Shown here: positions 52,550-64,000 of the stretch, piece by piece | How positions within the stretch are numbered: the stretch's first letter is position 1 | How the letters are laid out: each line of letters begins with the position of its first letter | Assembly: GCA_030141605.1 (NCBI GenBank) | Contig: JAQGDQ010000673.1 | Location: 50,832-114,831, forward strand | Reading direction: 5' to 3' | DNA from: Tubiluchus corallicola | Lineage: Eukaryota > Animalia > Priapulida | DNA: 64,000 bases | The notes under the pieces: model-generated | What the model was told of the DNA's origin: nothing | The model's database searches: none | What the model saw: only the letters and a program-made list of their open reading frames with translations | Translations under genes and position numbers: made by a program

Positions 52550-52635
52550 TCTCTCTCGTTCTCCCACTCCCTTTCTCCCACTCCTTTCTATCTCTCTCTC
52601 TCTCTCACACTCTCTGTCTCCCATTTTCTCAGTCT

Positions 52636-52684
<49 letters not shown>

Positions 52685-52710
52685 CCTCCCCATTCTCTCC
52701 TACTCCCTCC
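52243..52710. repeat. (CT)n-rich microsatellite, part of an element present inverted at 54238-54680
   Basis: Shared flank GTACGAGTCAAAACACACTCACT. Confidence 0.85.
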
Positions 52711-53204
52711 CTAGGCTGCAAGAGTTATGTTCTCTTCAGGTAGCATCTTCCCCTGCCTCACTTAAACCAATCAATCGTGTACCTGGATTTATAAACTGTT
52801 TATTGCACCTTCATCAAATATTTACTGTAGCCTAGTAAACTACCACCTCGCTCAGACCTCTTTCTTCACGTGAACGTATTGAACACACAGTCGAAAGTCA
52901 CCTCCAATCGGTTAAACAATATGCGATATCGATATGCTTCAATAATAGCAACACAGCAGTCGGCCATGTTGGATTTGGGAAGTGAGACAACAATGAGATC
53001 TGTCTACTTGGTGCTTAGATGAAATTAGGGCTATTACTTTACTGAAACGGTTAAATGGGCGCACAGAAGTAAAGGGTTAAACAAATGTATTTCTCGGTTT
53101 TTTTACAGTTACCTTTTAAAATTTCATTATTTTTTACCATTTGCATATATTAGTAATTTAGTTTTTAAGTTTAAACATTACATTACATTATATTACACTA
53201 CATT

Positions 53205-53456
53205 AAATTATATTATATTATATTATATTATATTATATTATATTATATTATATTATATTATATTATATTATATTATATTATATTATATTATATTATATTA
53301 TATTATATTATATTATATTATATTATATTATATTATATTATATTATATTATATTATATTATATTATATTATATTATATTATATTATATTATATTATATTA
53401 TATTATATTATATTATATTATATTATATTATATTATATTATATTATATTATATTAT
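53205..53456. repeat. (ATATT)n microsatellite
   Basis: Direct inspection. Confidence 0.98.
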
Positions 53457-53474
53457 ACACAATATAACCTATCC

Positions 53475-53965
53475 ACTGGGGGGGGGCAAGCCAGCCCAAC
53501 TCAGTGCCGGTCCCAAGCCCGGATAAATAGGGAGGGTTAGGGTCAGGAAGGGCATCCGCCTGTAAAAACTGCGCCAAAACCTTCTATGAATGAGTCGGTG
53601 AGACTTAAAGGTGAAGTCGACAAAGAAGTGGTCAGACCCACTCTAATCTATGGGCTGGAAGCAGCTTCTCTAAAGAAGACTGAAGAGAAGAAAATGGGTG
53701 TGGTGGAGATGAGGATGTTGAGATGAATGGTGGGAATAACAAGAAGAGATAAAATTAGAAATAATAATATCAGAGGAAGAGTAAAAGTAGTGAAAGCCTC
53801 GCAAGATTGCGATGGTATGGACACCTGAAAAGAAGAGTCGGTGAAGATCATGTGGGAAGGGAAGACATAAATGAAGAGATGGTCAACAACAGGAATGCGT
53901 AGAGAAGACTCATTCACAACGGCGACCCCGAATAGGGAAAAGCTGGGAAGAAGAAGAAGAAGAAG
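53475..53965 (+). mobile_element. Bipartite (internally deleted) RTE-clade retroposon
   Basis: RTE 5'UTR motif CCCAAGCCCGGATAAA...AGGAAGGGCATCC joined to decayed RT C-terminus (LKG...VVRPTLIYGLE...EMRMLR..G.TRRDKIRN), (GAA)n tail. Confidence 0.8.
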
Positions 53966-54284
53966 TAATTTAGTTTTTAACTATAATTATTACTATGTGA
54001 GTTTATTTCGCATAAAATTATACAACTTGCAAACTGCAGGTCAAAACAAGCTACTCTTTAAAATATTGAAAGGAGACATATTATTTTTTTCAAAAATGAC
54101 TTACGTAAATGAACTATTACCTCACAAATACTATTTCACGTTCGTGCCACTAGTTCTTCGCTGTTACGTGCATTTCGCCATTCGTTAGTTAGACGGGCAT
54201 TAACGGCTTTATTTCGGAAACGCATTGCGCAAAAAACAGAGAGAGAGAAAAAGAAAAAGGGAGGTAGAAACAGAGATAGAGAGA

Positions 54285-54325
<41 letters not shown>

Positions 54326-54354
54326 AATAAGAGAGAGACAGAGAGAGAGAGGGC

Positions 54355-54395
<41 letters not shown>

Positions 54396-54524
54396 AGAAA
54401 GAGGGAGAAAGAGAATGGGAGACAGAGGGTGTGAAAGAGACAGAAAGGGAGTGAGAAAAGAGAGAGAGAGAGAGAGAGAGAGAAGGGGAGATAGATAGTG
54501 GGAAAGAGACAGAAAGGGAGAGAA

Positions 54525-54576
<52 letters not shown>

Positions 54577-55149
54577 TGAGAGGGGGAAAGAGACAGAAGG
54601 GGAGTGAGAGAAAAAAGAAAACGAGAGAGAGAGAAAGAGAGAGATAGTGAGTGTGTTTTGACTCGTACTACATAATGCAGTCATGCTGTACTTCTCAGTT
54701 CAGATGTGTTAGTTTCTGACGAACTACGCCCGTTCGACTGCTAACGTGGGAGCACACGGTAAATTTGAAATTTGAGTTTTTAACTTAAAACTTGCCGAGT
54801 TTCAGTACACAACACTGAACGTCTTACAGCTGCACTGTACTTCCATTTTCGCTTTCGTAAACACGTGCAACACGCTCATGAAATATTTTTGCTGTTGAAA
54901 ATTATGTTAGTTTGTGATGTCATCAATAGTTGGGCTCGTCCACCGTTAAATAAGTTTTTAATCTATTATTTAATTATGAGATACGCTTTTGCAGTATTAA
55001 TTGTGTTAAAATGTACACTTTTTATCGGATTTGAAAACAGGGTAGTAAGTAAACTTTATTACGTGATATATAGTGGATAGTACGTTGTGTGAGCCGTGTG
55101 TAGCTGTTTATAAACGTTTGAAGAATGGCAAAGCAATTAAGACTTTATT

Positions 55150-55790
55150 TAGTTTAAACATAATTTATTTAGGATTGGATCACACAGTTTGTACAACATG
55201 ATTTAAGATACTCACCAGAACAGACTTTATACACTATTTACAAGAACATTTACAGTAAGGGTAGACTATACTTAGTTTTTAGTATACTTTAATATATTAA
55301 AGTTTTACTACAGTGATACATTAGACATTAGTAGAAAATGACAGTTAGTAAATATTAATGTACGATTATTTAAGAATGATGCATTTTATATCAGATAGAA
55401 ACTACTGGATGTGTTTAGTACGTAATATAAAGTCATGTATGCATTGGAATATTTTACAGTTAGTAACATAGTTAAATTCGTCTTTTCCGAATAATAACAA
55501 CTTCAACAGATCATTATTTCCTAAGACAGCTATATTAAGTTTTTCGGGCAGAAGTATTTCATTTAATTTATTAAACCTAACAACCCTAGTTTGTTGATAC
55601 AATGGGCAGTGCAACAAAAAGTGTTCAACAGACTCAAATCGAAATCCACAGTTGCAATTCGGCAATATTGGATGACCGTTATTATCTTTACAGCCTTTAG
55701 AGAAAAGGTCATAGTTTAGCTAAGAAAATCCGATTCTCATGCGTATATAATGCACTGATATTGGAGGTTTACCAAATGAAGTCTAAGACT
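55150..55790 (-). mobile_element. LINE 3' fragment with CCHC region
   Basis: CNCGFRFESVEHFLLHCPLY...LLLFG...NCKIFQCIHDFILRTK. Confidence 0.75.
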
Positions 55791-56121
55791 ATTTACGAAA
55801 TAACACATTTATTAAATATCATCACAATAAATATGATAAATATATTGCGATGCCAAGGCCCCTGATCTACGAGAGACGTCCAGCTTGCAGGTGTAAAGTC
55901 TGACCCGACTCTCCTGCCGGCCGCTGTCGGCGTCATATATATGAGCGTCGTGCGCAGCCTGACAACTGGGTCAATTACATCATCACGTGACACCACTCAT
56001 TAGCTCTCCTTATTTGGCTTGCTTCTGTAAGACTCTTATTAACATAATTATTTAACATATAGTATAATTTAACAAGTTCTCTTTACTTAGTATATGACAA
56101 ATCATTTATGTTTCCTTAATG

Positions 56122-56602
56122 CAGGGGTGTGCAAATTGCGGCCCGCCGAGAGAATTTGTGCGGCCCGCGAAAAGATTTGTCAACCTAATGAAAGTGCGGC
56201 CGGGGCGATTAATTGAGTGTATCCAGCTGAAGTCCGTGCCACGATCCCAAAGATAGTGCGGGTAGTTTTTTCTACTAGATCGGATGCCATTAACCCTTAC
56301 AAGACGGTTGTAGCTTAATGTCACTGTACTACTCAGACTGTGTGATACACATTACTAATATGCATTGTAATGAAATTACCACTATCTGTCCTGAAAGTAG
56401 AAATATATGGTTTGTAATATAAATTTTAATAACTTCTAAAATAGTTTCTTGAGTGTAGTAGTAATGATGTACGCAGGTCGGATGCAAAAAATCGTTATTA
56501 GGCCTTTCTGTACTTGGCTCCTTGATCAAACTGCATGTGGCCCGCAGGAATTGCGGGAAAGTTTAATGTGGCCCGGCTAGTCAGATAATTTGCACACCCC
56601 TG
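56122..56602. mobile_element. hAT-type MITE (CAGGGGTGTGCAAATT TIRs)
   Basis: 16-bp TIRs, 8-bp TSD CCTTAATG. Confidence 0.9.
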
Positions 56603-58519
56603 CCTTAATGTTCTGCTACAGAAGAAAACTGCTAGAGCTAATATTTTTCGTCTTTTGACATTCTAAAGATGCGCAGCAATAATTTATCGCCAGCGCAAAA
56701 AGGGAAAGCTTGATCGTGACTTCTTTGTGCGTTCATTACTTCAGCAGGGATTAAACATGTTGGCGTTGTTATTATCTAACTCATGATTGAAAACAGATTT
56801 AACAAGTTTTGTTTGCGTTTATTTATGTAGGTGACATTTCGAGTTTGTCTAAAAGGCCATAAATTTTGTTTCCATGGTAACCGTAAGTTTTCTAAACAAG
56901 AATTAGTCATCCGAGTGATTTCGAAACACAGTAGAGTCTTGCTTAACATAAAGCTCGCCTCGTTGTTTTGCAGAATCATTATATTTATTTATCTTAATTT
57001 CGCCTCAATAGTTCTTTTTGATGAGAAAATCAAATTGGTTTTATCACTCAATAACCCGTTTCTTACGGTGTAGTTAAAGTCAAAATGCGTTGTCCTAAAT
57101 TGTTTAGACTCATTGTTATTTTGAATTTATTGTCTGCTACTTTCTTCTTTTAGGTAGAGTAATTTGAGTAACTGACATTTTGTTTTATCAGATACATCGC
57201 CCGTATAATGTATAGACAAGCGAAGTAAAGTTTCGACAATTTTAAAAAATCGACATATTGCATTTTCACTTTTATTTCGTGGTGAGACAATGCGCCTAAA
57301 ATAAATAACAGAAAGTACTTTGTGCACAAAACATATTTAGAAAAAGTCATAAAAAAGGTTTACTGGGATGCGCATGGTAAAAGGGTAAAATGTTTTTTAC
57401 CCTTTACCCTACACGAATTGGATCAAAAACCGGTCTGGGGGTAATTTTTTACCCCCCGGTGACCCTATAAGGGTTAAATAGACACACGATTACACTACGC
57501 ATTGTTTAAATAATTCTTTAGAGGAAGACCGGACGATTGTTTTGACTCGATCTCACTTTATAATGCTGTCCAAAATATACATTTTATTGCATATAAAAGT
57601 TAGCAATTGTTTCTTAAATTATTTTTTTCTTCAAATGGGAAGGTGATGAACCACATCATTTACTCTGAAACATCTTAATATTTTAGGGTATATACTTAAT
57701 ATGTACTTTAATATTTGAAATGATGCAATTTTTGGTCTTAAAATGCACATCGACTTGTACATACGTATATACGGTGTATTGAAAATTATCGATAATAATG
57801 AGTGAAAACAGGGGGTGCTGCAGTTCCACAGTACCTATACACAAGCCGCTACAGCTTTGCCCGTAAGATACGTTTAGTCTAAAACTGCCTGTTGTCTTAT
57901 TTAGATGTGATCTATGTACACTGAATAAAGCTTCGCCCACGAATTGGATAAAATGTCATTCTAAAATACTTGACCACTTATTGAAGTTAAAGGAAGACCG
58001 GACGATTGTTTACACTCAATCTCATTTTAATTTACTGTCCAAAATATACATTTTCTTGCTTATAAAAGTTAGCAATTGTTTCTTATATTTGAGTAATTAG
58101 CTTAGAAAGTTAATTAACGGCGACCGAACACAGCTATTGCTTACGTCATCATGATCATGATCATCATCATCATCATACGCCCGTCACGTCTATTGTAGAC
58201 ATTGGGCAGGCAGAATTCTAAAATAAAACGCAGGTAAACGCAGCAGTAATCCAGCAAAAAAAACTAGACACTGCTACGCCAGTGGTTTGTCAGCACAGTT
58301 TGTGCAATGGCAGGCATCTTCACTTGCGTTAAGCACGCTTGCGTTAGTGTTACTGTTTAAGCGTGTGATGTCACGAAAATGGGACGTCAGAAACTAACAC
58401 TGCAGTTCATGATCATGGTTATAATCCAAGAAGAGTTTTGTAAGATAATTACATCATGATTACGTCACAAAGTTTTGGGAAATTAACTCGGCTTCACTAG
58501 CTTCGTTGTTCGTCTAAAT

Positions 58520-58997
58520 CAGGGGTGTGCAAATTATCTGACTAACCGGGCCACATTAAAATTTCCCGCAATTCCTGCGGGCCACAGACAGTTTGATCAA
58601 GGAGCCAAGTACAGTAGGGCCTAACAACGATTTTTTTGCATCCGACCTGCGTACATCATTACTACTACACTCAAGAAACTATTTCAGAAGTTATTAAAAT
58701 TTATATTACAAACCATATATTTCTACTTTCAGGACAGATAGTGGTAATTTCATTACAATGCATATTAGTAATGTGTATCACACAGTCTGTGTAGTACAGT
58801 GACATTAAGCTGCAACCGCCTTGTAAGGGTTAATGGCATCCGATCTAGTAGAAAAAACTACCCGCACTATCTTTGGGATCGTGGCACGGACTTCAGCTGG
58901 ATACACTCAATTAATCGCCGGGCTGCACTTTCATAAGGTTGACAAATCTTTTCGCGGGCCGCACAAATTCTCTCGGGCCGCAATTTGCACACCCCTG
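58520..58997. mobile_element. hAT-type MITE, inverted copy of 56122-56602
   Basis: Same TIRs; TSD GTCTAAAT/GTCTATAT (1 mismatch). Confidence 0.88.
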
Positions 58998-59555
58998 GTC
59001 TATATGTATATTATGCGACTTCCACAAACCATAGTATGGAATACATTGAAAAGTTAAAAATACGTTAAAAATTACAGGAATAGCCCAAGAAACTTTTGTT
59101 TATAACGAAACGTTTTAAATGATGATTACTGGAATTCATTAATTGATCGTATGTTAATTCCTATCGTCTTTCGCCCGTATATAAACAGTCTGTTGGTGAT
59201 GAAATTTTACATCGTCGTGTTTTCTATATGCTGTTTTGTTTTTATTTATGATTACGTGAATTTACATTAAACTTGGTAATTGTGTCTATTATAATTGTAC
59301 TCGCTGTTTTTCATTGTGTATAATGTGTGTAAATTTTTGTTACTAAGTATTAAAATATGTTCGTTACCTTTTATAATGTATGTATGTATGTAGTGTTGGA
59401 TTATAATTTGTAACTATGTCTATTGTATATGATCGTTGTCGTTCATTGTGTCTCATGCGTTGTATTCTGAATATATATATATATATATAGTTCATATAGT
59501 CACATATTCACATATATTCAAACATATTCACATATATTCACATATTCACTCCTAT

Positions 59556-60000
<445 letters not shown>

Positions 60001-60097
60001 GAGAATAGGTTTAATGCGTTGTAAATGCTTTTAGAAATTTTAAACATATCCCTACAAATAGAGGGAATGTATTCAGTACATAGTTTTTAAAAATAGA

Positions 60098-60138
<41 letters not shown>

Positions 60139-60904
60139 CATCTTGATTATGTCACCAAGTTTCGGGAATTTAACTCAGCTTCACTAGCCTCGTTGTTGGC
60201 CCACAAGCGCTTATTACTGCTTTCTTATTAAAAACGTCATGAACAATTAAGCTACTAGCGCGATACTCGTGGATATTATAAATGTTGTTATCGATTTAGA
60301 ATACAAAATGGCTAATAGCCTGGCGCACGAAGCCACCCAAATACTGCATTATATCGATACAAATTGCACGATGCGGAGACTTCATCTCTGACCTGTTTGC
60401 AGTTTTCTTTGAAATGAAAAATTCGCCCATGAATGCGTTTGATGTGTGAATGCATTAGCGTTATTGGGTAACGGCCATAATAGCCTACTGACCGTTCCAA
60501 CACGGCGCGTGCTGTACAATAGGCGTCAGAATGTCTGCATGGTAAATGGCTTCCAAATAAACTGGTTTATTGAACAGGGAAAGCGCTAATTGCAGTAATT
60601 AAGAGTAAACGATGCACGGTGACCTAGATACACCTTTTCTCCGGCTTCATAGAAGCCAGAAGACTTATAATTCACTAGCAATTTATTTCAGTGAAGCCAA
60701 TTAAATATATATGAATTGTAGAAAAGCGTTTATCCTCATTGTCTTATTCCCAGTCTTCGCATTGTCTTATTTGAATGTAAATGATTGTTATAGTTTTCAA
60801 AAATTAACGTTGGTAGTAACTCGAGGTTTAACGATAACAGAAAGTTTTATTTTTTTATAAAACAAAAAATATAAAACCAAAGACGACAGCAATGACAAAG
60901 TCGT

Positions 60905-61045
60905 GTTCTTCACACGTTTTCTGTTTCACACGTATTCTGCTTCACACGTATTCTGCTTCACACGTATTCTGCTTCACACGTATTCGGCTTCACACGTTTT
61001 CAGCTTCACACGTATTCTGCTTTACACGTTTTCTGCTTCACACGT
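60905..61045. repeat. 16-bp minisatellite TTCACACGTATTCTGC, about 8-9 copies
   Basis: Direct inspection. Confidence 0.9.
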
Positions 61046-61479
61046 ACTCGCTGAAGGAAGGTTGCAAGCATGCTATGTTACCAATTCGAAAAATTCACTA
61101 GCCAAAATGTCAAAGTGATCCTTTTATAGCTACACTCAAATTTAAAACTTCTTTTTTTTAAATTTTGAATCTTATTTGGTAAATGTAAAGAATGATAAAG
61201 ATCGAAAACCATTGACTAGGCTTAGAACAAGCGCTCGCTCACTGTCTATTGAAACTAGGGAGTATATAAGACCTCCTATTCCTCGAGAGAAATAGCGCTC
61301 TATTAGTACATAGTGAACATGTTGTACATATTGTAATATTGTTTTGAAAATATTCCTATTTTTACTTATTATCGATACCCACTTTTCTCTGTATTGTGTA
61401 TAGCATTAATTTGTGAAATAAATGATATATATATATATATATATATATTATATCATTATATATATATATATATAATGAT

Positions 61480-61639
<160 letters not shown>

Positions 61640-62514
61640 GTGCTTTGCTATATATATGTATAGTATTGTATACGGTTCATAAATTACAGCGCAAAGACAA
61701 ATTTGTTTAGTATGTTCATTCGTTTAATCATTCATTAATTCATTCACTCATTTAAATTATTCAGTCACTCACAATCAAGGAGTCATTGATGTCTGCCGAT
61801 TCTTCAGTTCTCCGCGCGTAAAAACCGACAAATTGTGTCGATTTGTTTTTAATAATTAAGAGTCTATATTGCTTGGAATTACTGCCCTGAGTGTTGAGAA
61901 CGAGTGGCCAGAGTCTTAACTGCTTTCCATTAACTAAATGAACCACTTAAACATATGGCCTGGATTTGTTGCGCGCCTGCCGCCAGGTGCCGCATCGTAG
62001 CACGATATTTAATGTCTATAAATATTTAACGTGGCATAGACTATAGCTTCAAAAATTCACCAAGCGCAGTTTATAAACTATGGAATTATCCGTAACTTCA
62101 TAAAATTGTGACATGCCATTTTGCAACTTTAAGAGCTCTTTTACCTGTTAATTAAACTGTGAAATCTCAAAATGCAGATAAAACAGAGGGAAAGCTGATT
62201 AAACTGACCGTTCCAACATGGCGCGTGCTGTACAATACGCGTCAGAATGTCTGCATGGTAAATGGCTTCCAAATGAACTGGTTTATTGAACATGGAAAGC
62301 GCTAATTGCAGTAATTAAGAGTAAACGATGCACGATGACCTAGATACACCTTTTCTCCGGCTTCATAGAAGCCAGAATGTTTATAATTCACTAGCAATTT
62401 ATTTCAGTGAAGCCAATTAAATATATATGAATTGTATAAAAGCGTTTATTGTTTTGTTTCATGGCGCCCAGGCTTCCCATTGTCTTATTTGATTATAAAT
62501 GATTGTTACAATCA

Positions 62515-63834
62515 TCCTATTCGTCGAAAGGAGCGTCTGTGTGCCAAGTGTACATTGACTAAGCTTAGAACAAGTGCTCCCTCACTGCCTGTTGAAACTG
62601 GGAGGTATATAAGACCTCCTATTCCTCGGGAGGAGCGACTATGTGCCAAGTGTGCATTGACTAAGCTTTGAACAAGCGCTCGCTCACTGCCTATAGAAAC
62701 TGGGAGGTATATAAGACCTCCTATTCCTCGAGAGGAGCGTCTATGTGTCAAGTGTACATTGACTAAGCTTAGAACAAGTGCTCCCTCACTGCCTATTGAA
62801 ACTGGGAGGTATATAAGACCTCCTATTCCTCGGGAGGAGCGTCTATGTGCCAAGTGTACATTGACTAAGCTTAGAACAAGCGCTCGCTCACTGCCTGTTG
62901 AAACTGGGAGGTATATAAGACCTCCTATTCCTCGGGAGGAGCGTCTATGTGCCACGTGTGCGTTGACTAAGCTTAGAACAAGTGCTCCCTCACTGCCTGT
63001 TGAAACTGGGAGGTATATAAGACCTCCTATTCCTCGGGAGGAGCATCTATGTGCCAAGTGTACATTGACTAGGCTTAGGACAAGTGCTCCCTCACTGCCT
63101 GTTGAAACTGGGAGGTATATAAGACCTCCTATTCCTCGGGAGGAGCGTCTATGTGTCAAGTGTACATTGACTAAGCTTAGAACAAGTGCTCCCTCACTGC
63201 CTGTTGAAACTGGGAGGTATATAAGACCTCCTATTCCTCGGGAGGAGCGTCTATGTGTCAAGTGTACATTGACTAAGCTTAGAACAAGTGCTCCCTCACT
63301 GCCTGTTAAAACTTTGAGGTATATAAGACCTCCTATTCCTCGGGAGGAGCGTCTATGTGCCAAGTGTACATTGACTAAGCTTAGAACAAGCGCTCCCTCA
63401 CTGCCTGTTGAAACTGGGAGGTATATAAGACCTCATATTCCTCGAAAGGAGCGTCTATGTGCCAAGTGTACATTGACTAAGCTTAGAACAAGCGCTCCCT
63501 CACTGCCTATTGAAACTGGGAGGTATATAAGACCTCATATTCCTCGAAAGGAGCGTCTATGTGCCAAGTGTACATTGACTAAGCTTTGAACAAGCTCTCC
63601 CTCACTGCCTGTTGAAACTGGGAGGTATATAAGACCTCATATTCCTCGAAAGGAGCGTCTATGTGCCAAGTGTACATTGACTAAGCTTTGAACAAGCGCT
63701 CGCTCACTGCCTGTTGAAACTGGGAGGTATATAAGACCTCCTATTCCTCGGGAGGAGCGTCTATGTGCCACGTGTGCGTTGACTAAGCTTTGAACAAGCT
63801 CTCGCTCACTGCCTGTTGAAACTGGGAGGTATAT
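62515..63834 (+). repeat. 102-bp tandem repeat, about 13 copies, derived from a LINE ORF2 C-terminal segment
   Basis: GACTAAGCTT every 102 nt; unit translates TKLRTSAPSLPVETGRYIRPPIPREERLCAKCTL; single LINE-context copy at about 61160-61295. Confidence 0.93.
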
Positions 63835-64000
63835 GAAAGCTGATTAGACACATATTATCACTCTTGCTAATAAAAATTTAGATGATGATGATAAGTCTTT
63901 ATTAGCCTCTTTTTGCAGGCAAAAATATCTGTACTAACATTATACAATTTTACATATACACTATACAGAGTGAATTCTAGAATATTACATTTACGGATTC

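Noticed and set aside
55790-56044. Possible solo LTRs (also about 51500-51955 and 57750-57945)
   Set aside because: GC-richer blocks with TATA/AATAAA-like motifs, but I could not establish TG..CA ends with TSDs
62512-63589. 276/283-aa ORFs as host genes
   Set aside because: LINE-derived tandem repeat with in-frame stops in neighbouring units

Overview
AT-rich, intron- and transposon-rich animal (invertebrate-type) genomic DNA; the species cannot be determined from the sequence. Four conserved genes were reconstructed by hand: an intronless molybdopterin synthase catalytic subunit (MOCS2B, minus), a 7-coding-exon uricase (plus, 300 aa, head-to-head with MOCS2B), an intronless UBIAD1 prenyltransferase (minus) and a 4-exon SNAPIN (minus, 171 aa). 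The best candidate for something undescribed is at the window start: what looks like the last exon of a secreted prepropeptide (acidic pro-region, RERR furin site, cationic 6-Cys mature peptide) whose splice acceptor is tandemly triplicated. A probable first exon of another plus-strand gene (X-box + CRE, 32-codon uORF) lies at about 44.0-44.3 kb. The remainder is MITEs (hAT, pogo/Tigger, piggyBac-like, Kolobok-like), a Helitron, SINEs (one 5S-derived), LINE fragments and many minisatellites. I see no evidence for a novel multi-gene system. All calls are by eye, without database searches.
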